From: Actinomycetota bacterium
GTDB taxonomy: Bacteria > Actinomycetota > CADDZG01 > JAHWKV01
Reading direction: 5' to 3'
Length of the DNA: 64,000 bases
Assembly: GCA_040905365.1 (NCBI GenBank)
Contig: JBBDRQ010000061.1
Location: 21,079-85,078 of the forward strand
The notes beneath the pieces are model-generated. The model saw only the letters and a list, made by a program, of their open reading frames with translations, had not been told where the DNA came from and ran no database searches. A program made the translations under genes and the position numbers. Shown piece by piece: positions 8,862-18,813 of the stretch; the stretch's first letter is position 1, and each line of letters starts with the position of its first letter.

Positions 8862-9625
8862 TGACTATGACTCACGACGAGCTGCGAGAGCTCGTGCCCA
8901 TCATGGCCTTGGGGGCTCTTCCGGTCGAGGAAGAGCAACAGGTGGGCGCGCATGTCAAGTTTTGCGCAGAGTGCTCCCGCCTGCTCGACGAGTATCAATC
9001 TATCGCGGACGTCATGGCTATGGCGGTTCGCCCGCTCGCGCCTCCCGCGGACCTGAAGGACCGAATCATGGCCCAGGCACGCAAGACCGCGCCGGTCGAT
9101 ATGCAGCCTGCGCCCTCTGTGCTGCAACCGACCCGCCGTCGATCTTCGTTTGTCCGGTGGGCGGGAGTGACTGCCGCCGCCGCCGTAACTTTGATGGTTA
9201 TCGGGCTCGGCGCCCAGCAACTTGTCGAGCAGAATCAAAAGGTGCAGCAGCAGGAGGCGCTCTTGGCCGCTCAGCGTGAGGCACTGGACTTGCTGAGCTC
9301 CGGCGAGACCTCCGTGCTGACGATGAACCCTACCGAGGAAGCGGGCACCGTAACGGGACAAGTTTTCGTCTCCCGCGAAAGCGGCCGAGCGGCGGTTCTG
9401 ATGAACGGCCTTAACGAACCCGACGGCGACTCTATTTACACCTTGTGGCTGATCGAGAACGGCAACGAGGAGCCTGTCGTGGACTTTGGGCCCGACCAGT
9501 CCGGACTGGCCGTGCTGAGCGTGGACCAGGTGGATTCGGACGTCACTTTGGCGGTGACTCTGGAACCGCAGCGGGGCAACACCAGCCCGCAAGGACCGAT
9601 TCTAGCGGTAGCTTACCGAGCGTAG
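8861..9625 (+). CDS. Anti-sigma factor (RskA-like: N-terminal HxxxCxxC zinc motif, one TM helix, extracytoplasmic C-terminal domain)
   Basis: Its start overlaps the sigma stop (TGATG). Has HVKFCAECS and a TM helix AGVTAAAAVTLMVIGL. Confidence 0.75.
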   Translation: MTMTHDELRELVPIMALGALPVEEEQQVGAHVKFCAECSRLLDEYQSIADVMAMAVRPLAPPADLKDRIMAQARKTAPVDMQPAPSVLQPTRRRSSFVRWAGVTAAAAVTLMVIGLGAQQLVEQNQKVQQQEALLAAQREALDLLSSGETSVLTMNPTEEAGTVTGQVFVSRESGRAAVLMNGLNEPDGDSIYTLWLIENGNEEPVVDFGPDQSGLAVLSVDQVDSDVTLAVTLEPQRGNTSPQGPILAVAYRA

Positions 9626-9674
9626 GTAAGCGACCCCGGCGGATGCGCCGTGGCCACAGGATGCACCGAGCGAC

Positions 9675-10814
9675 TCAGTCTTCCAAGCGGGTCAGCCAGC
9701 GGGCGGGTTGTGCCAGTTCCACAGTGTCCGGTAGATGCTCCGGCTTCGCCCACAACGTATCCAGGGCGCCGCTGGGGGCGACCTCGGCGATGAACCGCTG
9801 GCCGCGCCGCCGCGCTTCGTTGGGTAGGTCCAGTCCCAGCATTTTCTCCAGCATCTTCTCTGCGGAGCTTCTGGTGGCGCGCCTGCGGTTCATTCCTTCA
9901 CGGATTTTCTCGTAGTCCTGAACCATTCCCGCGCCGGCCTTGTTCATGATCCAGTCGCCGTACCCCTCGGCCACGCTCAAGAATGCGCCGATCCTGTCGA
10001 CGACCGCCTCCTGGCCCGCCGAGCGAAGCATGGGGAACAGCTCGTCAGGCTGCTGCATCAGGGTCGTGAGCTCCTGAGGGTCGGTTATGTTTTGCAGTCT
10101 GTGGAACAGTTCCGAGGTGTGGATCTCGGCAGCATCTATGTACTGGTGAACCAAGCCGTTTAAATACGGACCCGCCCATTGAACGGACTGGAAGTGCAGT
10201 TCCCGGGTTACCGCCCGCAACGCCAGCCACATGCGCAGCGGCTCGGCCGGGATATCGAGCTCCGACTGGACGTCCAGGGTGTTGGGGTAGTTGATGACAA
10301 CCCGTCCCGGTTTCTTAGGGGGCAGTCCGATGTCCCAGTCGCCGACGGCCTTATGGGAGAGGTAGCCCACGCAAAGCCCGATTTGCAAGCCCATGATGTA
10401 AGGTCCGAGCGCCCCCAACAAGGGTCCTGCGCCTCCGGCGGCACCTCCGACAGCCACTTGTTCGGTGAACCGTTTGGCCAAACGCTCGATCAAAGGTTTC
10501 AGGTGTTCCAGGTATTGAGTCGCCCATGGACCCCGCCCTTGGAGGCTCACCTGGTTAACTCCCTGCACCGGTCCCAGGCCGGTGTGGCCGAGTACGCTTA
10601 GCTCGGATATGCGAATGGCCTGTTGGAACTCCTCGGCGTCGGTGCGGGTGGCCTTGGGGTTGCGGATGCCGGACTTGGACACTGCCGTGGCCATCTGCTC
10701 GGCCGCTACCCAGTCCACCGGTCCGGACTGAGAGGCGATGACGTTTTGGATTTCCCGGAAAAGGGGAATCTGCAGCAGCCGGCGGGTCAACTCCGCGGAG
10801 TCGATGTTCTCCAT
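9675..10814 (-). CDS. Conserved actinobacterial hypothetical protein (possibly DUF2342 zincin-like family; HExxH not evident)
   Basis: 379-aa ORF with protein-like composition. The family assignment is from memory and weak; VTRELHF is at best a degenerate HExxH. Confidence 0.5.
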   Translation of the reverse strand: MENIDSAELTRRLLQIPLFREIQNVIASQSGPVDWVAAEQMATAVSKSGIRNPKATRTDAEEFQQAIRISELSVLGHTGLGPVQGVNQVSLQGRGPWATQYLEHLKPLIERLAKRFTEQVAVGGAAGGAGPLLGALGPYIMGLQIGLCVGYLSHKAVGDWDIGLPPKKPGRVVINYPNTLDVQSELDIPAEPLRMWLALRAVTRELHFQSVQWAGPYLNGLVHQYIDAAEIHTSELFHRLQNITDPQELTTLMQQPDELFPMLRSAGQEAVVDRIGAFLSVAEGYGDWIMNKAGAGMVQDYEKIREGMNRRRATRSSAEKMLEKMLGLDLPNEARRRGQRFIAEVAPSGALDTLWAKPEHLPDTVELAQPARWLTRLED

Positions 10815-11249
10815 CTGCCTATCTTCTCACCAGCTTCCCCGCCGCGAGTTGGTGGAGCGAGTTTGTAGGGTTGCTCCGGCCGCCGGGTTCACTGGTTGTC
10901 GACAAATGCTTTCGTGTAGACTTCGAGACGTTGCGGCCAGCGAATGTGACAGTAGTGAAAATGGGGGTAAATGTTGTGGATATAGACCTAGTCAACCCGA
11001 CTCTATTCGTGATTTTGTGCGTACTTGGGCTCGTGTACGTTTTGGCTCTGGCTCTTAGGAACTAATCCAACTAGGTATAAGTACCAAGCGAGAATTCTCA
11101 CCGGGTTCTTCCTCGGCGGGAGGCCGCGTTGGCGGCTCACGGTCCCGGTTGGCCGGCAGTTGTATCCGGAGCGAGTGGGAAGCAACCGGCTCATCTGTGG
11201 CTGGCCCGTGCCCCGATTTAACTGAATACTCACTCAGGAGGATTCCTAC

Positions 11250-11411
11250 TTGTCCTATCTAATTTTCGCCGTGGTCTTGGCGGCGGTGATGATCACCTTC
11301 TTGTCGATAAAGTTTCGCCCGACAACCGATCCGTCGAAGTCGGTGGACTCGTTTCAGCGAGCTATTGAGGCGCTCGCTCAGGAAAGCGAGAGCAAGGGTC
11401 AGTCGCACTAG
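11250..11411 (+). CDS. Small membrane protein (53 aa)
   Basis: AGGAGG 8 nt upstream of a TTG start, then one hydrophobic helix (LIFAVVLAAVMITFLSI). It is below the ORF-track size cutoff. Confidence 0.3.
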   Translation: MSYLIFAVVLAAVMITFLSIKFRPTTDPSKSVDSFQRAIEALAQESESKGQSH

Positions 11412-11472
11412 CGGTGTCGCCGCGCGGGGTCTCATCGGATGCGAGTCCTTGTCCCTAGGCGCGGGGCTGTAA

Positions 11473-12480
11473 TTGCGACGTGATCTTGCCATCGATCTGG
11501 GAACTGCTAACACCCTGATCTATGCGAGCGGCCGCGGGATAGTTCTAAACGAACCCACTGTCGTTGCCCTCAACCGAGAGAACGGACGTGTTCTTGCTTT
11601 GGGCAACGCGGCGTTCGAACTGATCGAGTCCACGCCTGGATATGTGGTGGCCGAGCGTCCGTTAAGGCGAGGCGCCATCAGCGACTTCGATATGACCCAG
11701 CGCTACATCCGCATGCTGATGGAGAAGGTCGGGGTTCGGCGCCGCATCGCCAGGACTCGGGTCCTGATTTGCATTCCGTCGGCTATAACCGGGGTAGAGC
11801 GACGGGCCGTACAGGATGCAGCCATCGGGGCCGGCGCCCGTTCTGCGTACTTGATCGAGGAGCCCGTGGTGGCGGCCATAGGAGCCGGGTTGCCGATTCA
11901 AGACCCGATCGGGAACCTGATCGTCGACGTAGGGGGCGGCACTAGTGAAGTTGGCGTCATATCGATGGGCGGCGTGGTCGTGGACAAGTCGATCCGGGTC
12001 GGCGGGTTCGATATCGACGACGCGATAACCAAGTACATCCGGGACCGCTATTCGATAGTGGTAGGGGAGCGTACCGCCGAGCAGATCAAGATAGCTATTG
12101 GATCCGCCTTTCCGCTCGCCGAGGAAACCACCGCCGAAATAAAGGGACGGGATTTGGGTACCGGGCTCCCCAAGACGATTCAAATATCCTCCGAGCAGGT
12201 TCGTGCGGCGATCGAAGAACCGGTCTCGCAAATCATCAAAGCTGTGGTGACCGCTCTGGCTCAAACGCCTCCGGAGCTGGGCCAGGACATCCTGACCCGG
12301 GGGATCGCTCTGACGGGCGGCGGAGGCATGCTGCGTGGGCTCGACATCCGAATCGCCGAAGAGTGCGATGTCCCCGTACACTTGACTGATCGTCCGCTGG
12401 AATGTGTAGTGCGTGGCGCTGGCAAGTGTCTCGAGACGTTCCATCTTGTGAAGGATTTGTTCGCTACCTCAAACCCCTGA
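11473..12480 (+). CDS. mreB: Rod shape-determining protein MreB (actin homologue)
   Basis: DLAIDLGTANTLIY ... phosphate-1/2 and adenosine motifs. TTG start. No mreCD follow. Confidence 0.9.
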   Translation: MRRDLAIDLGTANTLIYASGRGIVLNEPTVVALNRENGRVLALGNAAFELIESTPGYVVAERPLRRGAISDFDMTQRYIRMLMEKVGVRRRIARTRVLICIPSAITGVERRAVQDAAIGAGARSAYLIEEPVVAAIGAGLPIQDPIGNLIVDVGGGTSEVGVISMGGVVVDKSIRVGGFDIDDAITKYIRDRYSIVVGERTAEQIKIAIGSAFPLAEETTAEIKGRDLGTGLPKTIQISSEQVRAAIEEPVSQIIKAVVTALAQTPPELGQDILTRGIALTGGGGMLRGLDIRIAEECDVPVHLTDRPLECVVRGAGKCLETFHLVKDLFATSNP

Positions 12481-12517
12481 CCCTCTGAGGTGATGGAAGG
12501 CTGGCTGGAGCGCTGAA

Positions 12518-13702
12518 ATGAATGAATTCAACTGGGTCGACCTGGTTATCGGGGTCTTCCTGGTTTCATCCGGCATCCGCGGCTATGTGCAGGGGGCTTT
12601 CTCTCAAGTCACCTCGTATCTGGGGTTCGGCGTGGGATTGTTCCTGGGAGCCCACCTAGGCCCTTCGGTGTCGGCCTACGTCGACAACCCCATCGGGAAG
12701 ATGATCGCAGTCGTAGTGGTGTTGTTCGGCGCGGCGGGCGTGTTGGGCACGGTCGGACGGGTGATGGGCGCGAAGGCCACCTGGGGGTTCGTGAGGGTCA
12801 CGCCGGCAAGGATAACCAATTCCCTCGGCGGCGTCGGTGTCGCGGTGCTGGCAGGCTTGATCGGAGTCTGGCTGCTGGGCGGGATGATTGCTCAGGTGGG
12901 CTTGGGAACGGTTTCCCCGGCCTTCCAGCAGTCGCAGATACTGCGCTCGCTGACCCGGACGCTGCCTCCCGTCCCAGGTGTCTTTTCCCAAATCCAACGT
13001 ATCTTTCTTCCCTCGGGGTTCCCGCCCGTGTTCGCGGAGCTCGAGCCGTCAATCGCCCCGGACGTACCGCTCGCCGAAAGTGCGGAGTTGCAGGCGATTG
13101 TAGATTCCGTAGGCACCAGCGTCGTCAAGATCTCGTCTCCGGGCTGCGGTCGTATCACCTCGGGGTCCGGATTCGTTGCCGGGCAAAACCTGGTTATCAC
13201 CAATGCCCACGTAGTTGCCGGCGTGGCGGAACCGACTGTCGCGGATGGCAACGGTCCGCATAGGGCCGAAGTGGTGCTTTTCGATCCCGACCTGGACTTC
13301 GCCGTTCTGCGCACCAGCGGTCTGGCCGGCTCACCGTTGCCGCTGTTGAGGAGCGAGGTCGAGCGCGGGGTAACGGGGGGAGTGTTGGGCTATCCCGAAG
13401 GAGGGCCCTTCGATGCGAAGTCCGCCGCAGTGCGGGCGCCGTTCAAAGACGCCGTCGGGCGTGATATCTACAGCCGGGATCTGGTTTCCCGCGACATATA
13501 TCAGCTCGACGCCAGGGTGAGGTCCGGCAACTCGGGTGGACCGTTCGTTCAACCCAGCGGTGAGGTGGTCGGAGTGGTGTTCGCGTCCTCGTTGATTAAC
13601 GACAACATTGCCTATGCTCTGACCTCCGCGCAGGTGGCCCCTTTGCTTGACCAAGTCGGACCGTCCGCTCCTGCGGTCGGCACCGGCCCTTGCCCTTTCT
13701 GA
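12518..13702 (+). CDS. CvpA-domain membrane protein fused to trypsin-like serine protease (MarP-like)
   Basis: Four N-terminal TM helices, then a protease core TNAHVVAG ... FDPDLDFAVLRT ... GNSGGPF (H/D/S triad). Confidence 0.8.
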   Translation: MNEFNWVDLVIGVFLVSSGIRGYVQGAFSQVTSYLGFGVGLFLGAHLGPSVSAYVDNPIGKMIAVVVVLFGAAGVLGTVGRVMGAKATWGFVRVTPARITNSLGGVGVAVLAGLIGVWLLGGMIAQVGLGTVSPAFQQSQILRSLTRTLPPVPGVFSQIQRIFLPSGFPPVFAELEPSIAPDVPLAESAELQAIVDSVGTSVVKISSPGCGRITSGSGFVAGQNLVITNAHVVAGVAEPTVADGNGPHRAEVVLFDPDLDFAVLRTSGLAGSPLPLLRSEVERGVTGGVLGYPEGGPFDAKSAAVRAPFKDAVGRDIYSRDLVSRDIYQLDARVRSGNSGGPFVQPSGEVVGVVFASSLINDNIAYALTSAQVAPLLDQVGPSAPAVGTGPCPF

Positions 13703-13703
13703 G

Positions 13704-14741
13704 ATGGCCGGATTGACGAGCGAGTCCCGCCTGCGTTGGCGTTCGATTTCGGCCGGACGCTGGACCGCGCTCGTAACGCTGTTGCTGGTGGCGCCCCTCC
13801 TCGCGACGACGCTGCGATTTCCGCTGCTGGTAATGGAACCGGGGCCCGCTCCCGATATCGCCGATCGCAGTGAGATTTTGACCCCGACCTTCGAGTCGAG
13901 CGGATCCTTCCACCTGACCACGGTGCAGATCCGGCGCCCGGGCGGTTCCACTCTGTTCGAGGCGATGCAGGCGATGTTCGCTTCCGATAAGTTTCTGGTT
14001 TCGCGCAGTGCTGTTTATCCACCGGGCGGATCGGACGAACAGGCGAACCAGGTGCAGAGTGCGCAGATGGTCCAAAGCGAGGTATCGGCGGCAGCAGTTG
14101 CGTTCGATGCTTTGGGAATTGAGTACGAGCAGGCGGGTGCGCTGGTAATCGATGTGCTGCCCGGGTCGCCGGCATCGGAGGTGTTGGAGCCGGGCGACGT
14201 GATTACGGAGGTGGACGGTCAGCCGGTGACCGGTATCGACGAACTCATCGAGGCGATCGCCCAGCGTTCGGCCGGCGAAACCTTGGCGGTCACTCTCACC
14301 CGGGACGGCGCGGTGACCAATGAGCAAGTGCGGACGGTTCAATCGCAGGAGGAGCCGGCACGTACCGTAATGGGGGTGCAGATTAGTCAGCACCACCGGG
14401 CCCCTATCGACATCAATTTCGACGCAGCCGATATCGGGGGGCCCTCGGCCGGTTTGATGTTCGCTCTTTCCATCTACGACCGGTTGGAGGAGGGTGACCT
14501 GACCGGCGGCAAAAAGATCGCAGGCACCGGGACCCTCGACGCCACCGATGGCAGCCGAACGGCAGTTGGCGGAGTCGGCGCGGTGGAGTTGAAGGTAAGG
14601 GGCGCTATGCAGCTGGGAGCGGACGTCTTTGTGGTGCCGCAGGACTCGGTGGAAAAGGCCCGCTCCTTGGCGGGTTCGTCGATGCAGGTGATCGGGGTGT
14701 CGACCTTCGAGGAGGCCATTGCCGCACTCGAAGCGCTGTAG
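13704..14741 (+). CDS. PDZ domain + Lon-like (S16) C-terminal proteolytic domain protein (YlbL / Rv3194c-like)
   Basis: The ATG sits 1 nt after the upstream stop. Has an N-terminal TM helix, a PDZ domain (LPGSPASEVLEPGDVITEVDGQPV), then Lon_C with GPSAGL. Confidence 0.8.
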   Translation: MAGLTSESRLRWRSISAGRWTALVTLLLVAPLLATTLRFPLLVMEPGPAPDIADRSEILTPTFESSGSFHLTTVQIRRPGGSTLFEAMQAMFASDKFLVSRSAVYPPGGSDEQANQVQSAQMVQSEVSAAAVAFDALGIEYEQAGALVIDVLPGSPASEVLEPGDVITEVDGQPVTGIDELIEAIAQRSAGETLAVTLTRDGAVTNEQVRTVQSQEEPARTVMGVQISQHHRAPIDINFDAADIGGPSAGLMFALSIYDRLEEGDLTGGKKIAGTGTLDATDGSRTAVGGVGAVELKVRGAMQLGADVFVVPQDSVEKARSLAGSSMQVIGVSTFEEAIAALEAL

Positions 14742-14748
14742 GACCCGG

Positions 14749-14770
14749 TTTCCAAAGGTTTTTTTGGAAA
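14749..14770. terminator. AT-rich palindrome TTTCCAAA-GGTTTT-TTTGGAAA just after the PDZ-Lon stop (terminator or protein-binding site)
   Basis: 8-bp inverted repeat containing a T-run, located between the PDZ-Lon gene and the histidine kinase gene. Confidence 0.3.
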
Positions 14771-14840
14771 GTCCTTAAGAAAGTCGTATTTCAGCCGATA
14801 GATACGTGAGCTTCGTCGACAAGGCGTAAATTGAGGGCGA

Positions 14841-17582
14841 ATGGACACACTGTCAGCACCCTTCCATTTCGCCGCAACCTTCCTGGTCACCGTGGCTGCT
14901 TTGGGGGGGCTGTGGGTAACCATATACCGGCCCAGATTTGTGCCGGTCGGTCCAACGCGCCGTCTTCTGTTCGGGTTGGGCTGGCTGCTGCTGGCGCTGG
15001 GCGAGTTGCTTCACGGCTCTCAGATCGTAGCGCCCGAGCACGACCCGGTAGCAACCACCCTACGCGTGCTGGGCTACACCGCGGTGGTCGCCGGCCTGCA
15101 GTCACTGATAACGGGCAAGCAGCGGGAACCCGAAGCGATCGTCAGCGGACCCGGCCGGCTGCCCGGTTCCAGCGGCCATATCGTGACGCGGGCGCCCGTC
15201 GTGCCCCAGGTGAGACGGTTGATCGTCGCTCTGGGCTTGCTCGCGCTCACCGAAACCGCCTTTCTTACGATTCCGAACCTGAATCCGCAAGAATCTGGAG
15301 CGGCGTGGTTCGGTGTTCACGCTCTGCGCCTGGCCGGGGGGCTCGCGATATTGGCGTGGCTCGGACAGGTAGTGCGTTCTTCTATTCAGGCGCGGGTGGT
15401 AGCGGTCTTCATCGGTTTGATGCTGGTCATCGTTATCGCGATATCGGGGTCTTTGACCCAAGTATTTATCGCGAACCTTACCGACGAGTCGCTCAGCCGC
15501 GCGCGCCGGGAGAGCGAGGTGCAGGCTCGGCGGGTGCAGGATCAGGTCCAGCTTTCCGAGTCGCAGGCGCGCCAGATTGCCAGGCTGACCAGCTTCCGAG
15601 AGGCGCTGGCGGAACGATCGGTCAGCCTGGGAGCGGTCATTTCCGGACTCCAGGAGCCCGGCGGGGCTTTCGACAGCTCCGATTTCATGGCTCTGTTGGA
15701 TCCTTCGGGTGCGCTGCTGGCGATCTCCGCCGCCGGACAGGGCGGGTCGGCGAATCTGGAGGTGGAGGATGCGTTGGCTCTGGTAGGGACGTCGGTGGTG
15801 CAGGACGCCCTTGACCGGCAGCTGGAGGGAGGCGGTTTCGACCGGCTGGGGACGGGCCGGATAGCCGCCATCGCCGCGGTGCCGGTCCTTCACCCAGATG
15901 GCGTAGAGGTTGCCGGTGTGGTGGTCATGGGAAGTCTCATCGATGAGACGTACCTGGCAGAGCAGCGTGAGGCGCGCGGCGGCCAAGCCTTCTTGATAAC
16001 GCGAACTGAGGTGCTGGCAGGCACGACCGATCAAAGCGAAGGCGTGTTGCCGGACGACCCCAGAGCGTTGGAAACGTTGTTTGGGAGGGGGGCCCGAATA
16101 GCCGTCAACAACACCGTCGGCGGCCAGGACGTTTTTAGTGCCTACGTTCCATTGCAGCGGGACGGTGAGGTGATCGCGTCCCTGGTATTCAGTGCTCCGT
16201 CCGGAGTGCTCGGACTTGCTCAGAGCAACGTGGCAACCCCCTTGTTTTTCATTGCGCTGTGGGCAACCGCCATGGGGGGCGGACTGTCGCTCCTGTTCGG
16301 ATCTCGACTGACTCAACCCATCAGAGACCTGACCACTGCCGCCGACCGGGTTAGGGAGGGGGACCTGAGCGCCCGGGTGTCATTGGGCAGTGCCGACGAG
16401 GTCGGCGTTCTCGGAGATACCTTCGACGAGATGACCGAGGCGCTGCAGTCGTTGACCCAGGACCTCAGGCAGACTGCCGAGGAGCAGTTGGAGCTGCGGC
16501 GCAGACTGGAGACGATATTGCAGTCGATGACCGACGGGGTGGTGGCCGTCAACAACAACGGCACCGTCGAAGCCTTCAACCGGGAAGCGGAGCGGATTCT
16601 CGAGGTGCCGCAATCGAGCGCAGTCGGCAGCAACGTCAAAGATGTCATCAGAATCTTCGATGCCGCGGGGGCGCCGGTGGTTCCGGCCATCTTCGATTTG
16701 GCCAGCGGGTCGGTGAGCGGAATTGTAGTTACTCAAGACCGGACATCGCGGCCGGTCGTGGTCACCTCAGCTCCGGTCCAGGACGACAACAATGAGGCCC
16801 TGGGCGGGGTGGCGGTGCTGAGGGACCTTACCCGGGAAGTCGAGATCGAGAAGATGAAGACCGAGTTCCTGGCCAACATCTCGCATGAGCTGCGCACGCC
16901 GATCACTCCCATCAAGGGCTATTCGGACCTGCTGAGGCGAAAAGAGGTTCCGCGCGAGCAAACAGTTCATTTTGCGGAGGAAATCTCGGCGTCCGCGCAG
17001 AGGTTGGAACGTATCGTGGAGATGCTCGTAGACTTCTCGGCGATGGAGGCCGGGCGGCTGTCTCCCCAGAAGGTGTCGGTTGACTTCGGTCAGGTTGTCG
17101 ACGAGATCGTGCAGAAATGGTCGCATTCAGCTCCCAAGCACTCCTTCGACCGGCACGGTTTTGAGGAGCTGCCCAAGGTGTACGTGGACCGCAGGTTGGT
17201 TCCGCTGGCGATAAACGAGTTGGTGGACAACGCAGTCAAGTTCAGTCCCGACGGAGGTAAGGTGCTTCTCTCCGCTCAACACGTGAACCTGGGGCGGGGC
17301 AGGGGCGAGGTTCGCATCTCCGTGACGGATGAAGGCATAGGAATAGGGCAGGAACAGCTCTCGCGCATTGGCGGGAACTTTATACAGGCCGACGCGTCGG
17401 AGACCCGCGCCTATGGCGGCCTGGGGTTGGGCCTGGCTTATGTCCGCCGCATCGCCGAGAGTCACGGCGGACATCTTGAGGTGGACAGCAGGCCGGATAG
17501 AGGGTCTTGTTTTACTTTGGTTCTTCCGGCCAAGGCGCCTCCGGCACCGAAGGTCCGGCAGGTTTTCGGGGGCAGCTCGTGA
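14841..17582 (+). CDS. Sensor histidine kinase: about 10-TM N-terminal domain, HAMP, PAS, HisKA, HATPase_c; no adjacent response regulator
   Basis: H-box LANISHELRTPITPIKGYSDLL, G2 box GGLGLGLAYVRRI, and a HAMP domain (RDLTTAADRVREGDLSARV). Confidence 0.85.
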   Translation: MDTLSAPFHFAATFLVTVAALGGLWVTIYRPRFVPVGPTRRLLFGLGWLLLALGELLHGSQIVAPEHDPVATTLRVLGYTAVVAGLQSLITGKQREPEAIVSGPGRLPGSSGHIVTRAPVVPQVRRLIVALGLLALTETAFLTIPNLNPQESGAAWFGVHALRLAGGLAILAWLGQVVRSSIQARVVAVFIGLMLVIVIAISGSLTQVFIANLTDESLSRARRESEVQARRVQDQVQLSESQARQIARLTSFREALAERSVSLGAVISGLQEPGGAFDSSDFMALLDPSGALLAISAAGQGGSANLEVEDALALVGTSVVQDALDRQLEGGGFDRLGTGRIAAIAAVPVLHPDGVEVAGVVVMGSLIDETYLAEQREARGGQAFLITRTEVLAGTTDQSEGVLPDDPRALETLFGRGARIAVNNTVGGQDVFSAYVPLQRDGEVIASLVFSAPSGVLGLAQSNVATPLFFIALWATAMGGGLSLLFGSRLTQPIRDLTTAADRVREGDLSARVSLGSADEVGVLGDTFDEMTEALQSLTQDLRQTAEEQLELRRRLETILQSMTDGVVAVNNNGTVEAFNREAERILEVPQSSAVGSNVKDVIRIFDAAGAPVVPAIFDLASGSVSGIVVTQDRTSRPVVVTSAPVQDDNNEALGGVAVLRDLTREVEIEKMKTEFLANISHELRTPITPIKGYSDLLRRKEVPREQTVHFAEEISASAQRLERIVEMLVDFSAMEAGRLSPQKVSVDFGQVVDEIVQKWSHSAPKHSFDRHGFEELPKVYVDRRLVPLAINELVDNAVKFSPDGGKVLLSAQHVNLGRGRGEVRISVTDEGIGIGQEQLSRIGGNFIQADASETRAYGGLGLGLAYVRRIAESHGGHLEVDSRPDRGSCFTLVLPAKAPPAPKVRQVFGGSS

Positions 17583-18721
17583 GTATGCTCAGGATTGTCG
17601 GGGTACTGCTTGGAATCACGCTGCTTACCGGCGCCTGCTCCACCTATCAGACCCGGGAGTCGGTGGGCGAGGTTTCGTCGGTTCGGGGTGCGGTTGCGTT
17701 GGTCCGGGACGGCGAGAATCACCGGGTGGTTGGTACAGCGGAGGTCCGAGCCGGCGATGTGTTGTCGGTGGCCGACGATTCGGTCGGACGTCTTGTCCTA
17801 CGATCCGGCAGCGAGATTGAGCTGCACACCTCACGGCTGAAGGTGTCGGACGAGGACGCCGTCGAGCTGGAGGAGGGAACCGTGCTGGTGGCATCGACGG
17901 TCGCGACGGAGGTGCGGGCGGCGAGGGTGATCGCTACGGCGGGACCCGGCGAAGTCCGTTTTGATCTTGCTGAGACACTGCGGGTGGGCGCCTACGACAT
18001 TGACGGGTTGCGGCTGGCCTCCACCGGCGACGATGTGGAGGTGCCGCGCTACTGGCAGGCCGTTTACGCTGCCGACGGCACGGTGATGGGCGCCGGTCCG
18101 CTGCAGTTTTCGGGAAGCGATGCCATCGACCGCCGCTTGTTGGCACCGGCTCTACAGATCGACTCGCAGTTGAGCAACCTCCTGCGGGGGTTGGAGCCCC
18201 AGCTGGCCGTAGCGGGTGAGTCGTTTGTAGCCGACCGAGCGATGGATCAAGGCATCGATCCGGCAACGGTAGCTGCTTTCGCGGACTCTCCTAAGGCCGA
18301 CCTGTTGGTTGCCCTGGTTTTTTCCCGTCAAGAAACCGGTTCGCTCCCCGTAGGCCCCAGCGAGAGGTTTGGTCTGTCGCTTTATTTGCGCGGCTTGGGG
18401 GCCAGTTGGGGACTACTGGCGCAGCAATTCTCCTTGAGTGGTGACGCTCTGCTGGCTGGACTGGAGGAGGAAATAGCTGCGGTCTTGTTTCCCCCCGAAC
18501 AGGAGGTATCCAGCGGCGGGGAGCTGGTGCCGAGGCGGGTGGCGCCTCCGCCTCCCCCTTCCCCTGCGCCTTCTCCCGGGCCGCAGGAGCCGGAGTCGCC
18601 GCAGGAGCCGGAGTCGCCGGAGTCCCCCGACCCGTTGCTGGACCCGCTGCGCCCGTTGCTGCCTGAGGAGCTGGAACGCATCGTCGACGAGCTGTTCGGC
18701 TTGGTGGACAATTTGCTGTAG
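17579..18721 (+). CDS. FecR-domain lipoprotein with Pro-rich PQEPES-repeat C-terminus
   Basis: The GTG start overlaps the kinase stop (GTGA). Has a signal peptide with LTGAC lipobox and a FecR-like block (GAVALVRDGENHRVVGTAEVRAGDVLSVADDSVGRLVLRSGSEIEL). Confidence 0.6.
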   Translation: MSMLRIVGVLLGITLLTGACSTYQTRESVGEVSSVRGAVALVRDGENHRVVGTAEVRAGDVLSVADDSVGRLVLRSGSEIELHTSRLKVSDEDAVELEEGTVLVASTVATEVRAARVIATAGPGEVRFDLAETLRVGAYDIDGLRLASTGDDVEVPRYWQAVYAADGTVMGAGPLQFSGSDAIDRRLLAPALQIDSQLSNLLRGLEPQLAVAGESFVADRAMDQGIDPATVAAFADSPKADLLVALVFSRQETGSLPVGPSERFGLSLYLRGLGASWGLLAQQFSLSGDALLAGLEEEIAAVLFPPEQEVSSGGELVPRRVAPPPPPSPAPSPGPQEPESPQEPESPESPDPLLDPLRPLLPEELERIVDELFGLVDNLL

Positions 18722-18813
18722 ATCCCGCGATCGAGGGATCAAGGATCCGTCGGTTTTCCGGTTCCGGCCAGTAGTCTTGGAGCGTTGGCCGCGCTAGGTG
18801 CAAGGAAGTGAGA

